Shown: in pieces, positions 51,042 through 62,404 of the stretch
Numbering within the stretch: position 1 is the stretch's first letter
Layout of the letters: the number at the start of each line of letters is the position of its first letter
Assembly (NCBI GenBank): GCA_023415515.1
Contig: JAEZKH010000318.1
Location: 242-64,241 of the forward strand
Length of the DNA stretch: 64,000 nucleotides
Origin: Actinomycetes bacterium
GTDB taxonomy: Bacteria; Actinomycetota; Actinomycetes; Mycobacteriales; Mycobacteriaceae
Direction of reading: 5' to 3'
Notes under the pieces: model-generated
Told to the model about the DNA's origin: nothing
Databases searched by the model: none
The model's input: only the letters and a program-made list of their open reading frames with translations
Program-made: the position numbers and the translations under genes

Positions 51042-53371
51042 GCGACGTGCACGCGGCTGATGTGGCCCTCGAACGGGAAGGGTGCCCGCTCGCGGTAGTC
51101 CAGCGAAACTGGTGAGCCCAGACAGGTGCCGATGTCGAGGCAGTCGTTGGCGGTGAACAGGAGCGGGGCGCTGACCGGAACCTGGCCACTGGCAACGACG
51201 TCTTCGGCGACGCGAAGGGTGATGTCCAGCGGGCCTGCGGGCCGCTCTTCGGCGTAGCGTGTTTCGACGGTGATGGTGGTCTGTCCCGCAGGCACTTTCG
51301 TCTCGGAGCGGATCTTGGTGCGCATCAGGATGAACAGGTTGTACTCGTAGCACAGGTACCCGTCGTCGAGGTAGCACGTCAGTCCGCCTGCGGCCGCACC
51401 GAGCGCGTACAGCACACCGTTGGCGTTCTCGGGTAGGTCGGCGTCGATGGTGACGGTATTGTTCTTGTTACCCAACGCAGGTGCGCAGAACTCGGGCATG
51501 CGCACGGTGTCGCCGGAGAACTCCCACTCCCGATACGGCGGAGCGACGCGCAGTTCCGGGTGGAATACCGGGACCCACAAGCCACCACCGACCGGCAGCA
51601 CCGAGTTGCGCGCCGCCTCGATCGCGAACATCTCGCGCATCGCAGCGAGCTTCTCCGGGTGCTGGTCGGCGAGATCGTTCGCCTGCGACCAGTCTTCGTC
51701 GAGGTGATACAGCTCCCAGCGGTCGTTGTCCGGTGTCCAGGTAGCGATGCCCTCGGGTTGCCCGGGCACCCACGGAAGCCGCGGACCGCGGGCGCTGGCC
51801 AGCCAGCCGTCGTGATAGATGGCCCGGCTGCCCATGATCTCGAAGTACTGGGTCTTCTTGCCGCCGTCGGCCGACCGGTCGGTGAGTGTTCGCGCGAAAC
51901 TGGCTCCCGCCAATGCGATCTGCGGGGTGCCATTGACGGTCAGCGGCGGCTGGATGCCGATGATCTCGTAGATGGTCGGCACGACGTCGTTGCAGTGCAC
52001 GAAGTGGCTGCGCGCGGTGGCGTCGGGGTCGACCCTTGCCGGCCACCGGATCGCCATCGGGTTGCGGGTGCCGCCGAGGTGCGACGCGAGCAACTTCATG
52101 CCCTTGTACGGCGTGCTGCCTGCCCACGCCCACGCGGCGTGGTACTGGTTGTCGACCAGTGGCGAGCCGAGCACGTCGAGTCCGCCGAGTTGGTCGAGTG
52201 CGTCGATGTGCTGCCGGACGGTGGTGGGAATCCCGTTCTGCGCCAGCAACTCTGCGATGGTGCCGTTCTGGCCCTCGCCCGAGGAGCCGTTGTCGCCCCA
52301 GATGTAGAAGAACAACGTGTTGTCCGCATAGCCGAGGTTGTCGAGTTCGTCGGCGATCCGGCCGACCTGCACGTCGACGTGTTCGGCGTATCCGGCGGCC
52401 ACCTCCATCAGGCGGCGCTGGAACGGTTTCTCATCGTCGGGGATGCTGTCCCAGGACGCCAGCGTCTCATCACGTCCGGTGAGCACGCAGTCCTGTGTAA
52501 TCCAGCCCTTCTCCTTCGCGCGAGCGAAAACGCGCTCGCGGTAGGCATCCCAGCCGTCGTCGAATTTGCCCGCGTACTTGTCGGCCCACTCCTTCATGAC
52601 GTGGTGCGGCCCGTGCAGGCAGCCACTGGCCCAGTACATGAAGAACGGCTTGTCGGCGTTGAACGCCCTGTGCCGACGCAGCCACGAGATCGCGTCGTCG
52701 GCCAGATCCTCCGACAGGTGATATCCCTGCTCCGGCGTCCGCGGGGGAGTGACGACAGTGGTGTTGCGCACCAGATGCGGTTCGTATTGCGACGCCTCGC
52801 CTGCGAGGAAGCCGTAGAAGTATTCGAATCCCAAGCCCGTCGGCCAATTTTCGAAAGGTCCGGCGGCGGTGGTCTCCTCGGCGGGGGTGTTGTGCCATTT
52901 TCCGAAGGCCGAGGTGGCGTATCCGTACTGCTTGAGCACCTCGGCCACGGTCGCACTGGTGCGCGGGATCTTGCCCGCGTAGCCGTCCCAGTCATTGGCC
53001 AACTCGGCGATCTGGCCGTTGCCGATCTCGTGATGGTTGCGGCCGGTCAGCAGGGACGCCCGGGTGGGCGAGCACATCGCGGTGGTATGGAACCTGTTGT
53101 ACGACACACCCTCGGCGCAGATCCGGTCCATGGTGGCGGTGCGCACCTCACCGCCGAATGTCGACGGCAGACCAGGGCCGGCGTCGTCGATGAGGACGAT
53201 GACGATGTTGGGGGCGTCGTCGGGCAGTCGGCGCGGCACGGCGCGCTGGGCATACACGGATTCCTGCAGTGTCCGCCCCGCGATGCTCGCCGACGGGGTC
53301 GGTGCGAACGGCAACGTCTCACCGCCAGGAAGTTTCGGCGCCACTACGTCGCTGTCTGAATCGCCTCGCAT
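51032..53371 (-). CDS. Arylsulfatase (Cys-type, formylglycine-dependent)
   Basis: PNIVIVLIDD, MCSPTRASLLTGR (CxPxR), FGKWH, GDNG; C-terminal LamG-like extension; AAGGA RBS before ATG 53371. Confidence 0.93.
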   Translation of the reverse strand: MRGDSDSDVVAPKLPGGETLPFAPTPSASIAGRTLQESVYAQRAVPRRLPDDAPNIVIVLIDDAGPGLPSTFGGEVRTATMDRICAEGVSYNRFHTTAMCSPTRASLLTGRNHHEIGNGQIAELANDWDGYAGKIPRTSATVAEVLKQYGYATSAFGKWHNTPAEETTAAGPFENWPTGLGFEYFYGFLAGEASQYEPHLVRNTTVVTPPRTPEQGYHLSEDLADDAISWLRRHRAFNADKPFFMYWASGCLHGPHHVMKEWADKYAGKFDDGWDAYRERVFARAKEKGWITQDCVLTGRDETLASWDSIPDDEKPFQRRLMEVAAGYAEHVDVQVGRIADELDNLGYADNTLFFYIWGDNGSSGEGQNGTIAELLAQNGIPTTVRQHIDALDQLGGLDVLGSPLVDNQYHAAWAWAGSTPYKGMKLLASHLGGTRNPMAIRWPARVDPDATARSHFVHCNDVVPTIYEIIGIQPPLTVNGTPQIALAGASFARTLTDRSADGGKKTQYFEIMGSRAIYHDGWLASARGPRLPWVPGQPEGIATWTPDNDRWELYHLDEDWSQANDLADQHPEKLAAMREMFAIEAARNSVLPVGGGLWVPVFHPELRVAPPYREWEFSGDTVRMPEFCAPALGNKNNTVTIDADLPENANGVLYALGAAAGGLTCYLDDGYLCYEYNLFILMRTKIRSETKVPAGQTTITVETRYAEERPAGPLDITLRVAEDVVASGQVPVSAPLLFTANDCLDIGTCLGSPVSLDYRERAPFPFEGHISRVHVAYT

Positions 53372-53504
53372 GATCGTCCTTCCCCCAAGCCGCCTCGCCA
53401 CTCTAGGCGAGTTGGGCACTCTTGAACGCCGTTCTCAACACCTGAGTTCGGGTGGAACTAAGCTTGTCGACGCTCTGATCGATACTCGACCGTTGAGGAC
53501 GGCG

Positions 53505-54398
53505 ATGGCCTTCATCCCCATCGAGGACGCCGACATCGCCAGGGGTCGCGCTCTTCGCACCGAATTCGCCCGCTTCTGGTCCACCGAGCAGGGCCAACCG
53601 CGCGATGTCTACGACCGGTTCATCAGCGCGACACCGACGGCGGACGGTGTCACCGTCGACGATGTGACCGGTGAACCGGGTGTCTGGGTGCGGCCCGCGC
53701 AGACACGACCGGATGCCGCGGTGCTGTTCGTCCACGGTGGCGGCTATCGGCAGGGAAGCGCGCATGCCTACGTGGGCCTGGTGAGCCAGATCGCGGTGCG
53801 TAGCGGCGTCGCGGTGTTTGCGCTGGAATACCCGCTGGCGCCGGAATCCCAATTGCCGGAGGCGCTCGACCTCGCCGTAGCGACATTGGGACGGCTCTCC
53901 GAAAACCATGCTGCGGTGGCTGTCGTCGGCGATTCCGCCGGTGGCGGTCTATCGCTCGCGACGGTCGCCGAGGCGCACCGGGTCGGTGTCGACGCGGCCG
54001 CCGTCGCGGTGTTCTCCCCGTGGACCGATCTCACCCTCAGCGGACCGAGCATGCGCGAATTCGCCATCGGAGACCCGTTGCTCGACCCGGCATATCTTCG
54101 CGACTGTGCGATCGACTACCTCGGCTCGGCCGCCCCCGACGATCCGCGGGCGTCTCCGCTGTTCGGCCCCGTCGACGCCCTTCCGCCTGTGTTGATCCAA
54201 GTCGGTACCGACGAGATATTGCTCGACGACTCGACGCGGTTCGCCGAAGCCGTCGAGAAAGCCGGAGGCACAGTGCAACTGGAAATCTGGCAAGGCATGC
54301 ATCACGTCTTTCAGCTCAACGTTGAGGAACTCGCGAGCGCCCGCCGGGCAGTTGACAATGCGGCCGACTTCCTGTCGGCTCACCTGTTCAGCCCATAG
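53505..54398 (+). CDS. HSL-family (GDSAG) esterase/lipase
   Basis: FVHGGGY, YPLAPE, GDSAGG, SPWTD, SPL, GMHHVF. Confidence 0.92.
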   Translation: MAFIPIEDADIARGRALRTEFARFWSTEQGQPRDVYDRFISATPTADGVTVDDVTGEPGVWVRPAQTRPDAAVLFVHGGGYRQGSAHAYVGLVSQIAVRSGVAVFALEYPLAPESQLPEALDLAVATLGRLSENHAAVAVVGDSAGGGLSLATVAEAHRVGVDAAAVAVFSPWTDLTLSGPSMREFAIGDPLLDPAYLRDCAIDYLGSAAPDDPRASPLFGPVDALPPVLIQVGTDEILLDDSTRFAEAVEKAGGTVQLEIWQGMHHVFQLNVEELASARRAVDNAADFLSAHLFSP

Positions 54399-55632
54399 AC
54401 GTCGATCGCGGTGTCCCACGGTGATGACCGCCCGAGGCCCGTACCGGTCGGCGAATCGACAACCCGAGTCCGCTGTCACGCATGACGGTCCGGCACTGTT
54501 GTGGCGTGTAGTCGAAGTTCTCCAGGTCCTTGATGTAGGACGCGGGTTCGGCCAACCCCTCGACGTGGGGAAAGTCCGATCCCATGATGATGTGGTCCGC
54601 GCCCAAGAGCTCCAGCAGGCTGGCGAGTTCGTCCTCGTAGAACGGCGACACCCAGACATGGCGTTTGAACGTCTCGCGCGGATCCTCCTTGTAGACGAAC
54701 GGAATCTGGCCGTAGGACTTGGTGAGCTTCTCGAAGAGGTGGAACACCCACGCTGAGCCGCTCTCGATGGCAGCCATCCGCAGGTTTGGGAAGCGCAGGA
54801 AAAGGCCGTTGTGCAGATGGTTGGCGAACGTGTCCTGCAACGCATCTCCGGAGAACAACGATCGGAACCCGAGCAGCGCCTGGAAAGACATCATGTAGTC
54901 GGGTTCGCCCCACGCGGGCATGAACTTCGAATAGTGCGTCTCGCCGGAGTGGTAGCAGACGGTGATGCCCGAGTCGTTGGCCAGCCGCCAGAAATCGTCG
55001 AACATGGGATCTCCGGGTGCGCGCATCCCGACTTCGGTGGAGATCGGCCCGGGGATCATCACGATGAATCGGGCGTCGCGGTCAAGTGCCCACTCGAGTT
55101 CCGCCACGGCCGCCTCGGGCTTGCACAGTGTGATGTAGGGAGCGGCGAAAATGCGGTCCCGGTAAGAGAATCCCCAGTCTTCGTCCATCCACCGGTTGAA
55201 CGCGCGGAAGGTTGCCACGGCGGCGTCGAGATCGGGCAGCAGCGCCTGCTCCATCCCGACACCGAGGGTCGGCAGCATGATGCAGCCCGCCATGCCCTGC
55301 TCGTCCATCAACGCAATACGCGCATCTCTGTCGCGGTAGGCGGCCGGTATCGGTTCCAGGTCACCGAACAGCGCGTTGAGGTCGGCCCCCCGTGGGTTGC
55401 GACCCCGGAAATAGTCGTCCAGCGCACCCGGTTTGCCGACCGGATCGAAGGTCGGGTTGGGGATGAACCTGTTGACCCTGCCGCCAACGATCAGGCGCTG
55501 CTTGCCGTCGATGTCGGCCCATTGGATGCCGCGCTTCTTGTAGGCCGGGTCGATGTGTCGGGTGAACGCGTCGAGCGCTTCGTAGTAGTGGTTGTCGCAG
55601 TCGAAAAAGGTGAATCCCAGTTCGCTCGTCAC
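54388..55632 (-). CDS. Amidohydrolase_2 family metalloprotein
   Basis: DCDNHYYE, FNRWMDEDW, YHSG, RFPNL..AAIESG, GSDFPHVEG. Confidence 0.88.
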   Translation of the reverse strand: MTSELGFTFFDCDNHYYEALDAFTRHIDPAYKKRGIQWADIDGKQRLIVGGRVNRFIPNPTFDPVGKPGALDDYFRGRNPRGADLNALFGDLEPIPAAYRDRDARIALMDEQGMAGCIMLPTLGVGMEQALLPDLDAAVATFRAFNRWMDEDWGFSYRDRIFAAPYITLCKPEAAVAELEWALDRDARFIVMIPGPISTEVGMRAPGDPMFDDFWRLANDSGITVCYHSGETHYSKFMPAWGEPDYMMSFQALLGFRSLFSGDALQDTFANHLHNGLFLRFPNLRMAAIESGSAWVFHLFEKLTKSYGQIPFVYKEDPRETFKRHVWVSPFYEDELASLLELLGADHIIMGSDFPHVEGLAEPASYIKDLENFDYTPQQCRTVMRDSGLGLSIRRPVRASGGHHRGTPRSTSMG

Positions 55633-55645
55633 AGCGGCGTCCTCT

Positions 55646-57871
55646 CTATTTGCGTGGTAGGCCGAGAATCATCGAAGCGATGACGGTCAGCTGGATCTCG
55701 GCTGTCCCTCCGCCGATGAGTTCGGAAGGCATGTCGAAATACGGTCCGATGACGGCGGGATCGGATTGCTCGAGCAGCGCGACGTGACCGGTCAGGCGCA
55801 GCGCCGCCGTCGACGCCCGGCGCAGCAGCATCACCATCGCGTACTTCGCGATGCTGGAGGTCGGCCCCGCCGACCCGCCTTCGACCAGCCGCAGCGTTTC
55901 GCGCAGCACCATCGCTTTGATGGCGGCGGTGTGGGCCTCGACTTCACCGAGCGCGCACAGCGCCGCATCGCGATCGGGGCCTTCGGCGTGCGCGATGTGT
56001 CGCAGTGCGATCGACCGGTCGATGTGTACGTAATTACCGATCGCGGTGCGTTCCACGGCCATGGTCGCGACCGCCAGATCCCAACCGTCGCCTGGGTTTC
56101 CGACAAGCATGTCGTCGGGCACGAAGACGTCGGTGAGGAAGACCTCGGTGAAGTCGAAGTGTCCGCTGGCCTGCTTGATCGGCTCGATCGTGATACCCGG
56201 AGAGCTCATGTCGACCAGGAAGTAACTGATGCCGCGGTGTTTGGGCGCATCAGGATCGCTTCGCGCCAACAGCGCCCCGAACTGGGCCCGGTCCGCTTGG
56301 GAGGTCCATATCTTGTGTCCGTTGACCAGCCACCCGCCGTCGACCTTGCGCGCACGCGTGCCCAGCGAAGCGAGGTCCGACCCCGCGCCTGGCTCGCTGA
56401 ACAGTTGGCACCAACGCTGCACTCCCCGCAGCATCGGCCATGCGAACCGTTCACGCTGTGACGGCGTTCCGTGGTCGATGATGGTCGGCAGGATCCATTC
56501 GGCGATGCCGAGGGAGGGCTTGGTCAAGTCCGGGCGAACGTCGAACTCCTCGTTGATGATGGCCTGCTGCACCGGAGATGCGCCCACCCCCCATGGCGCG
56601 GGCAGATGCGGTGCGGCCAGGCCGGCTTCGGCGAGCAGGTCCCGCTGCGCACCGGTGGCGAGGCCGGGTGCGCGTCGGTCGTCGGACGGGTGTTCGTTGC
56701 GAAGGCCTCGGGCGCGGTCGAGTACCGCTGCCACCTCGGCCCGGAACCCCAATTCGACGTCGCCGAGGTTCAACGCAGTCGCACGTCTGGTGGTGCGAGC
56801 CAGCTCGCCCACTTCGCGGGCCCACCGCGTCGTCGGGCCGAGGGACGCAGCAAGGCTGATCGCTCGTCGCCAGTAGAGGTGTGTGTCGTGTTCCCACGTG
56901 TAGCCGATCGCGCCGAACATCAGCAGGGCGTCCAGGACGAGATCAGGTCCAGGTGCGACGGCCATCAGGACTGCCGCGCCTGCAGCGAGCCGATGTTGTG
57001 CGAGGGATTCCGACGAGGCGCGGACCGCGTCCCATGCGGCGGCGGCCGCCATCTCGGTGTGGACGTAGAGGACCGCCGCCTTGTGCTGCAGCGCCTGGAA
57101 TGCGCCGACTGGACGCCCGAATTGTTCACGGGTGCGGATGTATTCGGTGGCGGAATCCGCGCAACGGCGTACTGTGCCCGCCGATGCACACGCCGCGAGG
57201 GCCGCCGCGATGCAGCGGGCCCGCTCGGAGTCGATGCCGACCAGCTCGCAATCAGCCGCGAGGGCGTGGTCGTCGAGTGAGAGCACACCCACGTCCGTCG
57301 ACAGGTCGGTGCCCTGTTGCCGGTGTACCGAGAGGCTGCGATCCGAGGCGCTGTTGATGTCCAGCACGAACCAGCGGTGCCCGTCGTCGGCTTTTGCGGC
57401 GAGCAGCACAAATCGCGCGGAAGCGATCCCAAGGATCGACGACGAGGCGCCGCGCAGGCGCCAGCCGTCGGGGCAGGCCGTGGCGTGAACGTCGGACTGG
57501 TCGGGCAGCACCGTCGCCGCAGTGGCACCGGCCGCCAACTCGGTGATCAACTGTGTGGCGGGCGGATCCGCCGAGTTCGCCACCGCACTGGTGGTGACAG
57601 TGCTGAGCAGCGGGCCAGGCAGCAGCGCCGCGGCGGCCGTCTCGACGACACACGCCAGGTCGGTGAGCGTTCCGCCCTGACCGCCCACCGCTTCTGGGAG
57701 ATGCACGGCGTGGAAACCGTTGGCTGTGAAATCCTCCCACCAGGTCGGCAACTCGCCCGCGGCGATGGAGTCCAGCGCGGCTCTGGTCTTCTCGACCGGC
57801 GCGTGGCGAGCCGCGAACCGGGCGACCGCCTCGGCGAGATCCTCCTGTTCGCTCGTGATGGCCAGCGGCAT
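55646..57871 (-). CDS. Two-domain fused acyl-CoA dehydrogenase (FadE22/FadE34-like)
   Basis: First domain REQFGRPVGAFQALQH, GAIGYTWEHDTHLY; second domain WCQLFSEPGAGSDLA, NGHKIWTS, IGGGTAEIQ. True start ATG 57871. Confidence 0.9.
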   Translation of the reverse strand: MPLAITSEQEDLAEAVARFAARHAPVEKTRAALDSIAAGELPTWWEDFTANGFHAVHLPEAVGGQGGTLTDLACVVETAAAALLPGPLLSTVTTSAVANSADPPATQLITELAAGATAATVLPDQSDVHATACPDGWRLRGASSSILGIASARFVLLAAKADDGHRWFVLDINSASDRSLSVHRQQGTDLSTDVGVLSLDDHALAADCELVGIDSERARCIAAALAACASAGTVRRCADSATEYIRTREQFGRPVGAFQALQHKAAVLYVHTEMAAAAAWDAVRASSESLAQHRLAAGAAVLMAVAPGPDLVLDALLMFGAIGYTWEHDTHLYWRRAISLAASLGPTTRWAREVGELARTTRRATALNLGDVELGFRAEVAAVLDRARGLRNEHPSDDRRAPGLATGAQRDLLAEAGLAAPHLPAPWGVGASPVQQAIINEEFDVRPDLTKPSLGIAEWILPTIIDHGTPSQRERFAWPMLRGVQRWCQLFSEPGAGSDLASLGTRARKVDGGWLVNGHKIWTSQADRAQFGALLARSDPDAPKHRGISYFLVDMSSPGITIEPIKQASGHFDFTEVFLTDVFVPDDMLVGNPGDGWDLAVATMAVERTAIGNYVHIDRSIALRHIAHAEGPDRDAALCALGEVEAHTAAIKAMVLRETLRLVEGGSAGPTSSIAKYAMVMLLRRASTAALRLTGHVALLEQSDPAVIGPYFDMPSELIGGGTAEIQLTVIASMILGLPRK

Positions 57872-57876
57872 CGCTG

Positions 57877-58743
57877 TCAGCTCTTCAGGCCGAGGATGCG
57901 GGCGGCGTTGCCGTAGAGGAACTTCGGCCACACCTCGTCTGACAACGGCACACCGGGCAGCTCGCTGAAGATCCGCTCCAGCGACAAGCCCATCGGGAAA
58001 TAGCCTGCGTAGAGCACCTTGTCGGCGCCGCGCGAGTTCGCGTAGTCGATGACGGCCTTCGGGTAGTACTTGGGGGCGAAAGCCGACGTCGAGTAGTACA
58101 GGTTCGGCCACTTCAGCATCAGCTTCACCGCGAGATCTTCCCAGGGTTCGCAACCGTGGCGGGTGACGAAAACCAGGTCCGGGAAATCGAACATGACGAC
58201 GTCGATCCGCGAAACCTCTTGCGGCGCAAAGGGCACACGCGGTCCGGGGACGCCCGCGCAGACGAAGATCGGGATCCCCAGTTCGACGCACGTGGCGTAG
58301 ATGGGATACATCTTCGGATCGTCGATCGGAACCTGGGGGAACACCCCGGCAGGAAACACCGAAGTAGCGCGGATGCCGTAGGTCTCGAAGTCGCGCCGGA
58401 TCGCTTCGACCGAACCCATGACGTCGTTGGGGTTCCAGATCGCGCCCGATGGGATGAAGCGGTCCGGGTAGGTCTTCAGCGCCACGTCGGCCGAGTCCTC
58501 GCTCACGCCGATCATGGCCTTCTCGATGCCGAACCGGTCCATCTGCTGCAGAACCAAGGACACCGGGTCATCGGTCGGTAGGCCGCTGGGCACGTCTTTG
58601 AACATGTACTCGACCGGGAACTCGAAGCTCTCCTTCGACTCGCGGTCCTTTGTCTGCCTGCGGATGAAGTCGTACTGTGCCGAACCCTCGCGAGGGAAGC
58701 CGATCATGGTGTCGATGACCGGCAGACCGACGGGTCCGGCCAT
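57877..58743 (-). CDS. Amidohydrolase_2 family protein (divergent N-terminal metal motif IDTM)
   Basis: DDPKMYPIY, DFPDLVFVTRHG, KWPNLYYSTSAFAPKY, KVLYAGYFP, NAARIL. Confidence 0.85.
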   Translation of the reverse strand: MAGPVGLPVIDTMIGFPREGSAQYDFIRRQTKDRESKESFEFPVEYMFKDVPSGLPTDDPVSLVLQQMDRFGIEKAMIGVSEDSADVALKTYPDRFIPSGAIWNPNDVMGSVEAIRRDFETYGIRATSVFPAGVFPQVPIDDPKMYPIYATCVELGIPIFVCAGVPGPRVPFAPQEVSRIDVVMFDFPDLVFVTRHGCEPWEDLAVKLMLKWPNLYYSTSAFAPKYYPKAVIDYANSRGADKVLYAGYFPMGLSLERIFSELPGVPLSDEVWPKFLYGNAARILGLKS

Positions 58744-58781
58744 GGTGTCCTCCCAACGAGGCTACGGGCGATGGTCGGTCA

Positions 58782-58865
58782 ATAGTGAAACACGGTTCTA
58801 CCTATGTCAATCACAGGACAGACTTTCTGAGCTAAAATACTGCTCATTGCAAGAACACCGTTCTC
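58782..58865. promoter_or_regulatory. Divergent promoter with two TetR-type palindromes
   Basis: Minus strand TTGACA(58810-05)-N17-CACTAT(58787-82); TGAAACACGGTTCTA (58786-58800) sits in the spacer; second copy AAGAACACCGTTCTC (58851-58865). Confidence 0.6.
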
Positions 58866-58866
58866 G

Positions 58867-59532
58867 ATGAGGGAGGCAACCGTCACAAGCCGAGCGGCCG
58901 GTCAGACCCAGGCCGACATCGTCGCGTTGGAGGATATGACCAGCGGGCAGTTGGCGCGCCGTGCCAAGATCATCGAGGCGGTGATCGGCCTGATCGCCGA
59001 TGTCGGTGCCGACGCCGTGCAGATGCGTGATGTGGCGCAGCGCTCAGGCGTCGCGCTGGCCACGGTGTACCGGTACTTCAGTTCGAAAGAGCATCTGGTG
59101 TCCGCTGCGCTCGAAGACTGGCAGAAGCGGTTGACCCGCCGCGTGCTGGCGGGCAGTCGTGCCGCCGAACAGGGGCCGCTGCCGGGAGTTCTGGATTATC
59201 TGCGGCGCGCCCAGCGCGCCTTCCACCGCAATCCGGAGATGACGGCCCTCATGCTGCAGGCGATGACGTCGACCGACGCGCAGGCCAAGGCGGCGATCGA
59301 TCACATGAGCCGCACGAACGCCGACATGTTCGATCGGCTGCTGGAAGGCATTGCGCAGGAGAACATCCCAGACGTGAGCTTCGGCCTCAACGCGGCGTTG
59401 ACGAGTGCGCTGACCGCTGTGCTGACCGGAGCGCTGACGCTCGAAGAGGCGCTCAGCCGGGTCGAGTGGGTAGCGCGCACCCTGATCGACGCCGCGACAC
59501 ACACCGATCAGGCTGAGCTCAAGCCGGAGTAG
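58867..59532 (+). CDS. TetR family regulator, KstR-like
   Basis: [36 protein letters not shown] resembles the KstR HTH as recalled. Start uncertain. Confidence 0.88.
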   Translation: MREATVTSRAAGQTQADIVALEDMTSGQLARRAKIIEAVIGLIADVGADAVQMRDVAQRSGVALATVYRYFSSKEHLVSAALEDWQKRLTRRVLAGSRAAEQGPLPGVLDYLRRAQRAFHRNPEMTALMLQAMTSTDAQAKAAIDHMSRTNADMFDRLLEGIAQENIPDVSFGLNAALTSALTAVLTGALTLEEALSRVEWVARTLIDAATHTDQAELKPE

Positions 59533-62404
59533 GTGTCCGCGGTGCCGGCCACGGTGAGGGCACCGGCCGTTCACGGACCCGCATCGGCCACCAGAACCAC
59601 TTGCCCATCAGCGCGGCGATGGACGGCGTCATGAACGACCGGATCACCAGCGTGTCGAACAGCAGGCCGAGACCGATCGTGGTGCCCACCTGACCGATGA
59701 CCGTCAGCTCGCTCACCGACATCGAGATCATCGTGAACGCGAACACCAGCCCGGCGGACGTCACCACCGATCCGGTGCCGCCCATCGATCGGATGATTCC
59801 GGTGCGCAGGCCGGCGTGGATCTCCTCCTTGAAACGCGACACCAGAAGTAGGTTGTAGTCCGCGCCGACGGCCAACAGGATGATGACCGACATGGCCAGC
59901 ACCATCCAGTGCAGTTCGATACCGAGCAGGTGCTGCCAGATCAGGACCGACAGGCCGAACGAGGCGCCGAGCGACAGCACCACCGTGCCGACGATCACCG
60001 CCGACGCCACGATCGCGCGGGTGATCAGCAGCATGATGATGAAGATGAGTGCCAGCGCGGCGACGGCTGCGATGACGAGGTCATAGGTGTTGCCGTCGGC
60101 GAGGTCCTTGTACGTGGCGGCGGTGCCGCCGAGGTAGATCGTCGATCCCTCCAACGGGGTGCCCTTGATCGCCTCCTTGGCCGCCTTCTTGATCGAGTCG
60201 ATCCTTGCGATGCCCTCCGGCGACAGCGGATCGCCGTCGTGGCTGATGATGAAGCGGACGGCGTGCCCGTCGGGCGAAAGGAACTGTTCCATACCGCGTT
60301 TGAAGTCCGGGTTGTCGAAAACCTCAGGCGGAAGATAGAACGAGTCGTCGTTCATCGATGCGTCGAAGGCCTCGCCCATGGCCGACGAGTTGTCCTGCAT
60401 CGCGGCCATCTGATCCTGCATGCCCTTCTGCGAGGCGTACATCGTCAGCATCATCGTCTTCATCGTCTTCATGGTCTCGATCATTTCGGGCATCATCGCG
60501 ACCATCTGCGGCATGAGGGAGTCCAGCCGCTCCATCTCCGGGATCAGCTGCTGGATGTCGTCGGTCATGATGTCGACGCCGTCGAGGGCGTCGAAGATCG
60601 CCCTGATGGAGTGACAGACCGGGATGTTGTAGCAGTGCGGTTCCCAATAGAAGTAGTTCCGGATCGGACGGAAGAAGTCGTCGAAATCGGCGATGTGGTC
60701 CCGCAATTGGGCTACATCGACGGTCATGTCCTTCATCTTCGTCACCATGCTGTGCGTGGTGTCGGCCATCTGTGCGGTGAGGTTCTGCATCCGCGTCATG
60801 GTGTCGATCGTGTTCTGCATCTCGTCGGCCTGCACGAGCATGTCGGCCATCCGGTCCTGCAGGTACTTCTGATTCAACTGCTGTGTGGTGCCCTGCATGC
60901 TGATCTGGAACGGAATCGACGTGTGTTCGATCGGCTTGCCGTCGGGTCGGGTGATCGCCTGCACCCGGGAGATGCCCTCGACGCGGAATATCGCCTTGGC
61001 GATCTTGTCGATCACCAGGAAGTCGGCCGAATTGCGCAGATCATGGTCGCTTTCCACCATGAGTAGTTCGGGGTTCATCCGCGCCGGGGAGAAGTGCCGG
61101 TCGGCGGCCGCGTATCCCTCGTTGGCGGGCAGGTCGGCGGGCAGGTAGTTGCGGTCGTTGTAGTTGGTCATGTACCCGGGCAGGGTGAGCAAACCGATGA
61201 GCGACAGCGCGATGGTCGCGACCAGGATCGCGCCGGGCCACCGCACGACCAACGCGCCGATTTTGCGCCAACCGCGGGTGCGCATCGCTCGCCTGGGCTC
61301 GAGCGTCCGACCGAACCGGCTGGCAACGGAGATGATCGCCGGGCCGAGCGTGAGGGCGGCGAACACCGTGATGAACATGCCGATCGCCAGCGGGACGCCC
61401 ATTGTCTGGAAGTACGGCAGCCGGGTGAACGACAGGCAGAAAACCGCGCCGGCGATCGTCAACCCAGAGCCGGCCACCACGTGCGCGGTGCCCCGAAACA
61501 TCGTGTAGTACGCCTGTTCGCGGTCCTCACCGACCGACCGCGCCTCTTGATATCTGCCGATGAGGAAGATGGCGTAGTCGGTGGCCGCGGCGATCGCCAG
61601 CGTCACGAGCAGGTTGGTGGCGAATGTGGAGAGACCGATGATCTCGTGATAGCCAAGGAACGCGACGAGGCCGCGCGAGGCCGCCAACTCCAGGACGACC
61701 ATCACCAGAACGATCAGCACCGTCACCAACGACCGGTACACGAGCAACAGCATGATGATGATGACGGTGAACGTCACCGCCTCGATCAGCTGCATGCTGC
61801 GGTCGCCGGCGATGTGCTGGTCGGCCGCCAGCGCCGCCGGTCCCGTCACGTACGCCTTGACCCCCGGTGGCGGCTGCAGGCCGTCGACGATGCGCTGGAC
61901 GGACTCGACCGACTCGTTGGCCAGCGCCTCGCCCTGGTTGCCGGCGAGTTTGACCTGGACGTAGGAGGCTTTTCCGTCGTTGCTCTGTGCACCGGTGGCG
62001 GTGAGTGGATCACTCCAGAAGTCCTGCACCGACTGCACGTGCGCGCGGTCGGCCCGCAGTTTCTCGATCATCTGGTCGTAGAACGCGTGAGCGTCGTCGC
62101 CCAGCCTGTCCTGGCCCTCGAGCACGATCATCACCGAGCTGTCGGAGTCGCCTTCCTTGAACAGCTCGCCGACCTTCTTCATCGAGATCATCGACGGCGC
62201 GTCGGCGGGGCTCATCGATACGGCGCGCATCTGGCCGACGGTCTCCAACTGGGGGACGACCACGTTGGCCACGGCGATGATCGCGATCCAGCCGAGGATG
62301 ATCGGGATCGCGAAGGTGCGGATCAACCGCGGAATCGGCGGGCGCGCCGTGTGTCGTGCGGGAGGGAACGCGTCGGTGGGGGTGTCGGCGACGGGCGCAC
62401 TCAT
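59519..62404 (-). CDS. mmpL: MmpL family RND transporter (MmpL4/5-like)
   Basis: [60 protein letters not shown]. Confidence 0.95.
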   Translation of the reverse strand: MSAPVADTPTDAFPPARHTARPPIPRLIRTFAIPIILGWIAIIAVANVVVPQLETVGQMRAVSMSPADAPSMISMKKVGELFKEGDSDSSVMIVLEGQDRLGDDAHAFYDQMIEKLRADRAHVQSVQDFWSDPLTATGAQSNDGKASYVQVKLAGNQGEALANESVESVQRIVDGLQPPPGVKAYVTGPAALAADQHIAGDRSMQLIEAVTFTVIIIMLLLVYRSLVTVLIVLVMVVLELAASRGLVAFLGYHEIIGLSTFATNLLVTLAIAAATDYAIFLIGRYQEARSVGEDREQAYYTMFRGTAHVVAGSGLTIAGAVFCLSFTRLPYFQTMGVPLAIGMFITVFAALTLGPAIISVASRFGRTLEPRRAMRTRGWRKIGALVVRWPGAILVATIALSLIGLLTLPGYMTNYNDRNYLPADLPANEGYAAADRHFSPARMNPELLMVESDHDLRNSADFLVIDKIAKAIFRVEGISRVQAITRPDGKPIEHTSIPFQISMQGTTQQLNQKYLQDRMADMLVQADEMQNTIDTMTRMQNLTAQMADTTHSMVTKMKDMTVDVAQLRDHIADFDDFFRPIRNYFYWEPHCYNIPVCHSIRAIFDALDGVDIMTDDIQQLIPEMERLDSLMPQMVAMMPEMIETMKTMKTMMLTMYASQKGMQDQMAAMQDNSSAMGEAFDASMNDDSFYLPPEVFDNPDFKRGMEQFLSPDGHAVRFIISHDGDPLSPEGIARIDSIKKAAKEAIKGTPLEGSTIYLGGTAATYKDLADGNTYDLVIAAVAALALIFIIMLLITRAIVASAVIVGTVVLSLGASFGLSVLIWQHLLGIELHWMVLAMSVIILLAVGADYNLLLVSRFKEEIHAGLRTGIIRSMGGTGSVVTSAGLVFAFTMISMSVSELTVIGQVGTTIGLGLLFDTLVIRSFMTPSIAALMGKWFWWPMRVRERPVPSPWPAPRTPTPA

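Noticed and set aside
60400..60900. Met-rich CAT-repetitive stretch
   Set aside because: Normal coiled-coil region of MmpL4/5-type proteins, not a repeat element.
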